Translations under genes and position numbers: made by a program
In this document: positions 60,182-64,000 of the stretch, piece after piece
How positions within the stretch are numbered: the first letter of the stretch is position 1
How the letters are laid out: each line of letters opens with the position of its first letter
Origin: Pseudomonadota bacterium
GTDB lineage: Bacteria > Pseudomonadota > Gammaproteobacteria > Burkholderiales > Burkholderiaceae_C
Length of the DNA: 64,000 nucleotides
Direction: 5' to 3'
Assembly: GCA_040384685.1 (NCBI GenBank)
Contig: JAZKIV010000036.1
Span: 44,445 to 108,444, forward strand
Notes under the pieces: generated by a model
Seen by the model: the letters and a program-made list of their open reading frames with translations, nothing else
The model's database searches: none
Told to the model about the DNA's origin: nothing

Positions 60182-61369
60182 ATGGAGCCGAGACAGGGGG
60201 ATGGCATGGCGAAGACAGGCATGGACCCGTTGGTTGCTGCGGCAGCTTTCGACCCGGCATTGCAGGCCTCACCGGACACGCTGCGCGTGCTCGCGCGCAA
60301 GCGCATCCATCCGCACCGATTGCCGCCTGACCATCCGGCGGTCTCGCTGACCACACCCAGGAACGGCACCAACGCCGCGCGCGAGGCGCTGTTCGCCGCC
60401 GCCGCCGAAGGCCGGCCCATCATCCTCACCAATGTGCGCGTGCCGGTGGCCGGCGAACGCGAACTGGGCCTGCAGGGCGCCCTGCTGAAGGCCATTGCCG
60501 CGGGCTTCAAGCGCGGCGAGAAAGCCAAGGCGCAGACCGGCCCGAACGGCACGCGCCGCCGGCTCGCCATCGCCGAATTGCTGCGCCGCTGGCAGAGCGG
60601 GCGGCACATCGTGAGCATCACCGACCTGCACGTGCGCGGTACCTCGCTGGAACGCGACATCGACACCGACGAACTTTCCGGCTTCAACCTGCTGCCGCTC
60701 GGTTCCGAGGACATGCGGCGCCAGGAAATGATGACACTGGTGGTGAGCTCGCGCGGCAACGTCACCGACTCGCATTCGGACGACCCGGACGGCAGCAACC
60801 ACTGCTTCGTCGGCCGCAAGCTGTGGCTGGCCTGGGAGACTTTCGAGGGACAGCGCGCCGGCCTGGAAGACTGCTCGCGCGACGCGATCCACCAGCGCGC
60901 GCACTTCGACCTGGCGACCTTCGCCGCGCTGCGCAGCGCCAAGTGGTGGACCGTCGGCCCCGGCGAAACCCTGTTCCTGCCCGGCCGGCTGTCGCACCGC
61001 GTGGTCACGCTGGAGCGCTACGTCGGCATCGGCAGCTTCTATTGCACGCCGGCCTCCTGCCTGGAGAACCTGAGCCGCTGGTACCAGCACGGCGCGCTGT
61101 GGGAACTGGACGACCCCGAGGGCGAGAACGCCGGCCTGGTGGACGAGATCACCCTGGCGCTCGCGCACAAGCTGCAGCGCCTGGCGCAGCAGGCGCCGCG
61201 CACGCAGCAGCAGTGGGGCATGGACTTCCTCGGCGAAGGCCTGCAGTCCTGGCAGCGCCGCTGGCCGCAGGCGCGGCGGCAGCGCTTGATGGCGCAGCAC
61301 CCGCCGTTCGCGGGGCTGGTGAGCGGCGTGGAGCACTTGGCGGGTGCGGTGCCGCAGCGCCGCCCTTAG
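60182..61369 (+). CDS. JmjC/cupin-like Fe(II)/2OG oxygenase
   Basis: TDSHSD (HxD), GRKLW, LFLPGRLSHRV. Start 60182 or 60206. Confidence 0.7.
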   Translation: MEPRQGDGMAKTGMDPLVAAAAFDPALQASPDTLRVLARKRIHPHRLPPDHPAVSLTTPRNGTNAAREALFAAAAEGRPIILTNVRVPVAGERELGLQGALLKAIAAGFKRGEKAKAQTGPNGTRRRLAIAELLRRWQSGRHIVSITDLHVRGTSLERDIDTDELSGFNLLPLGSEDMRRQEMMTLVVSSRGNVTDSHSDDPDGSNHCFVGRKLWLAWETFEGQRAGLEDCSRDAIHQRAHFDLATFAALRSAKWWTVGPGETLFLPGRLSHRVVTLERYVGIGSFYCTPASCLENLSRWYQHGALWELDDPEGENAGLVDEITLALAHKLQRLAQQAPRTQQQWGMDFLGEGLQSWQRRWPQARRQRLMAQHPPFAGLVSGVEHLAGAVPQRRP

Positions 61370-62361
61370 GCGTCGCGCAGGTACTGGGCGATCTGCTGCT
61401 CGGTGATGTTGCTGCCGCACAGCACCGTGGCCACGCGCTTGCCGGCGAAGCGCGCGCGGTGCGCGACGATGGCCGCGACGCCCACCGCGCCGGCCGGCTC
61501 GATCAGCAGGCCGGCATGCCGGTGCACCAGGCGCATGGCCTCGACGATGTGCGTGTCGTCGACCAGCAGCACGTCGTCGACGATGCCGCGCATGTCGTCC
61601 ACGGCTTCCGGAATCGGCACGCGCACGGCGATGCCGTCGGCGATGGTGTGCGCGGCGTCGGTCTGCACCAGCTTGCCGTCCCGCCACGACTTTTCCATCG
61701 CGTCGGCGCCGGTGGCCGACACGCCGAGCACCCGCGTGGCCGGCGACGCCGCCTTGAACCAGCGGGCGATGCCGTTCAGCATGGCGCCGTTGCCCAGCGG
61801 CACGCTGATGGCGTCGAAGGCGTCGCCGCGCGCCAGCAGCTCCATGGCCATGGTGCCGTGCCCTTCGCTGATCTCGGCATCCAGCCCGTCTTCCACCATC
61901 CAGCCGCCGATCTCCTCGGCATAGGCCTTGGCTGCGTCCTTGGCGGCGTCGAAATCCTCGCCGACCTGGCGCACCTCCGCGCCGAAGCCGCGCATGCGCG
62001 CCACCTTCAGCGGGTTGGCATGCAGCGAGGCGTAGACCACGATCGGCAGGCCCTGCGCGCGGCAGGCATAGGCCATCGCCTGGCCCCAGTTGCCGGCGCT
62101 GGCGCAGACGATGGCGCGCTTGTCGCCGCGCCGCACCATCTCGCTGAGGAAGAAGCTGGCGCCACGGCCCTTGAAACTGCGGATCGGGTTGGTGAACTCC
62201 AGTTTGAGCGTCAGCGCGCAGCCGAGTGCTTCGCTCAGCGGTTCGCAGTCGTACTGCGGCGAGTTGAGGAACTCGGGTGGAATGACACCCGCGCTGCGGG
62301 CGATGTTGGCGAGCGACAGGCGGTGGCCGCCTTCGGCGAGATCGGGAGTCGGATTCGTCAT
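61366..62361 (-). CDS. threonine/serine dehydratase family PLP enzyme
   Basis: SFKGRGA, ASAGNWG, PLGNG, EPAGAVG, LCGSN. Confidence 0.9.
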   Translation of the reverse strand: MTNPTPDLAEGGHRLSLANIARSAGVIPPEFLNSPQYDCEPLSEALGCALTLKLEFTNPIRSFKGRGASFFLSEMVRRGDKRAIVCASAGNWGQAMAYACRAQGLPIVVYASLHANPLKVARMRGFGAEVRQVGEDFDAAKDAAKAYAEEIGGWMVEDGLDAEISEGHGTMAMELLARGDAFDAISVPLGNGAMLNGIARWFKAASPATRVLGVSATGADAMEKSWRDGKLVQTDAAHTIADGIAVRVPIPEAVDDMRGIVDDVLLVDDTHIVEAMRLVHRHAGLLIEPAGAVGVAAIVAHRARFAGKRVATVLCGSNITEQQIAQYLRDA

Positions 62362-62458
62362 GCCTGCAGTTTGCCGTCAACCGCGTGCGTGAAAACCGCT
62401 TTTTCGGCTAGGCTCGTGCGGCCAAGCCGCATCGCGACCCATTTCGACCGTCACCAAC

Positions 62459-62938
62459 ATGCCACCCGCCGACACCCTCGACGATTTCGACCGCGCCATC
62501 CTGGCGCGCTACCAGCACGACACCAAACGCGCCGCCGAAAGCATCGGCGAGGAAGTCGGCCTGTCGGCCGCCGCGGTGCAGCGCCGCATCAAGCGCATGC
62601 GCGAAAGCGGTGTGATCCAGGCCGAGATCGCTCAGATCGACCCGGCCCGCGTCGGCCTGCCGGTGACGGTGGTGGTGCACGTGGACATCGAGCGCGAGTC
62701 GCTGGCGCACATCGACGCCTTCAAGGCCCACATGCGGGCACGGCCCGAGGTGCAGCAGTGCTGGTACACCACCGGTTTTACCGATTTCATTCTGGTGGTG
62801 CGCGTGGCCAGCATGGCGGCCTACGAGCAGTTCACCCGCGACGCGCTGCTGGGGCACGACAACGTGTCGAAGTTTTCGAGTTTCGTGGTGCTGGGGGAGG
62901 TGAAGAGCGGGTTGGGGTTGGCGATGCCTGGGACATAA
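62459..62938 (+). CDS. Lrp/AsnC-family regulator
   Basis: LDDFDRAIL...VGLSAAAVQRRIKRM; divergent from the dehydratase. Confidence 0.93.
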   Translation: MPPADTLDDFDRAILARYQHDTKRAAESIGEEVGLSAAAVQRRIKRMRESGVIQAEIAQIDPARVGLPVTVVVHVDIERESLAHIDAFKAHMRARPEVQQCWYTTGFTDFILVVRVASMAAYEQFTRDALLGHDNVSKFSSFVVLGEVKSGLGLAMPGT

Positions 62939-62939
62939 C

Positions 62940-64000
62940 CAGCTGAAGGGAGCAGATGCGAAGCTCAAGCCATGTCTCGAATTGGAACAACCCAGCACTA
63001 CCTTTTGAATTTCCAATACGGTTGCCCCTTAACAGTCATTTTCATCAAACCTGGCCTCTCATTCGCCCCCATTCCCTTACCAAAGAGCAATGTCAGATCC
63101 GTTAGTAGAGTTCTTGATTCGACAACGTATCCATGCCCGAGAAAATCGGTATCAATGTCGGAGGCGTCGATTGATTGCATCCCGTCAAAGAGTTGGAGCA
63201 TCGGCATTGAGTCCCCCGCCCTTTGTGTTCCGTTAAAGCGCTTCGATAACTGAAGAGCCTTATCATTAGATGAGGCATACAGCGTAATGCGTTTTCTCAA
63301 CTTTGCATATGCTGGAGCTATATCTCGAATGAATACATCAGCATCGATATCCGGTGCTGCCAGCACAAGCTCTTCAAATTTTTTCGCTAGATCAGGCCGT
63401 TGGAGAAGCAAACTTGCAAGTGCACGTGATGTCGGTCTGGTGCCCATGCTATGGGCAATTATTACAATGCTCTCGACGCTGCTTTTCTCTGCAAATCTTT
63501 CAAAAAATACCTTTAGATTATTTTCCGTCCACTCGGCATTCGCCGAGTCAATTAGATAGCCATCGGGTGATCCTTGTGACGGCCAGCTAAAAAATGATGG
63601 AATTGCTTGAATGTCCAGATCCACGGCAAGCTGAGCAGTCCTAAGAGCGGCATCACTAAAAGAAACGTTGTACCCATGAATAAAAATGAATGCTCGCTGC
63701 AACTTGCGTCCTTCACTTATCGAGCGAATCTCTTGAAAAAACCTGTCCTCAGCCAAAGTCTGGGCCCGTTCAATAACAAAGTGCTTGCCCTTATCCGGAG
63801 CGAATTCAAACCTCGTGAGCTTTGGAAGTTCCAGCCACCCTATCTTGTGGGTGGGTGGAATAGATACTGAAACTGAGCCGAATGTCAAATTCCCTCTCGC
63901 CGTGCCAAATTTTCTTCCTTGTAGTTGATCGGGGATTGACGCTCGATCGGAGCCGAAGAAGACTTCCAACTTCTGAGGCTGCGCCTGCTGTTGCCCGGCC
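62940..64000. other. low-GC segment (probable horizontally acquired DNA)
   Basis: Counted lines 63001-63060 (26/60 GC) and 63241-63300 (24/60) versus 43/60 at 1081-1140. Confidence 0.8.
62998..64000 (-). CDS. DUF900-like alpha/beta hydrolase, start beyond the window
   Basis: FIHGYN, FSWPS, AHSMG, APDID, GHGY. The frame stays open from 63969 to the window edge. Confidence 0.8.
   Translation of the reverse strand, partial: AGQQQAQPQKLEVFFGSDRASIPDQLQGRKFGTARGNLTFGSVSVSIPPTHKIGWLELPKLTRFEFAPDKGKHFVIERAQTLAEDRFFQEIRSISEGRKLQRAFIFIHGYNVSFSDAALRTAQLAVDLDIQAIPSFFSWPSQGSPDGYLIDSANAEWTENNLKVFFERFAEKSSVESIVIIAHSMGTRPTSRALASLLLQRPDLAKKFEELVLAAPDIDADVFIRDIAPAYAKLRKRITLYASSNDKALQLSKRFNGTQRAGDSMPMLQLFDGMQSIDASDIDTDFLGHGYVVESRTLLTDLTLLFGKGMGANERPGLMKMTVKGQPYWKFKR

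Overview
High-GC betaproteobacterial DNA; the housekeeping genes look Comamonadaceae-like, which is an inference. Three apparently unrelated biosynthetic loci sit among ordinary genes. (1) 1-18052: the 3' end of a trans-AT polyketide synthase, ACP-KS-DH-KR-ACP-KS | DH-KR-ACP-KS-DH-ACP-KS-KR-ACP-ACP-KS0. It has a KR-less module, an in-frame palindromic repeat and a terminal Cys-to-Ser KS0 with no ACP or TE after it. (2) 29468-33943 (-): a translationally coupled six-gene operon encoding a membrane desaturase-family enzyme, a 2OG/Fe dioxygenase, a PNPOx-like flavoprotein, a heme-oxygenase-like dimetal oxidase, an EamA exporter and a GNAT. It looks like an unknown modified-amino-acid pathway. (3) 46314-59243 (-): a roughly 15-gene run around a discrete KS/DH/ACP/KR set, with an AurF-type diiron oxygenase, ferredoxin, two flavoenzymes, MFS exporter, DUF2855, acyl-CoA ligase and two hotdog thioesterases. 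Between them lie an acyl-CoA ligase/ABC/PaaK-like operon, a GH8-2xCBM35 lipoprotein, CoA transferase and acyl-CoA dehydrogenase, regulators, ldcA and a TadA-haloalkane dehalogenase fusion. A low-GC segment with a DUF900-like hydrolase starts at about 62940. I saw no rRNA, tRNA, CRISPR array, integrase or transposase. All family calls come from motif recognition by eye; no searches were run.
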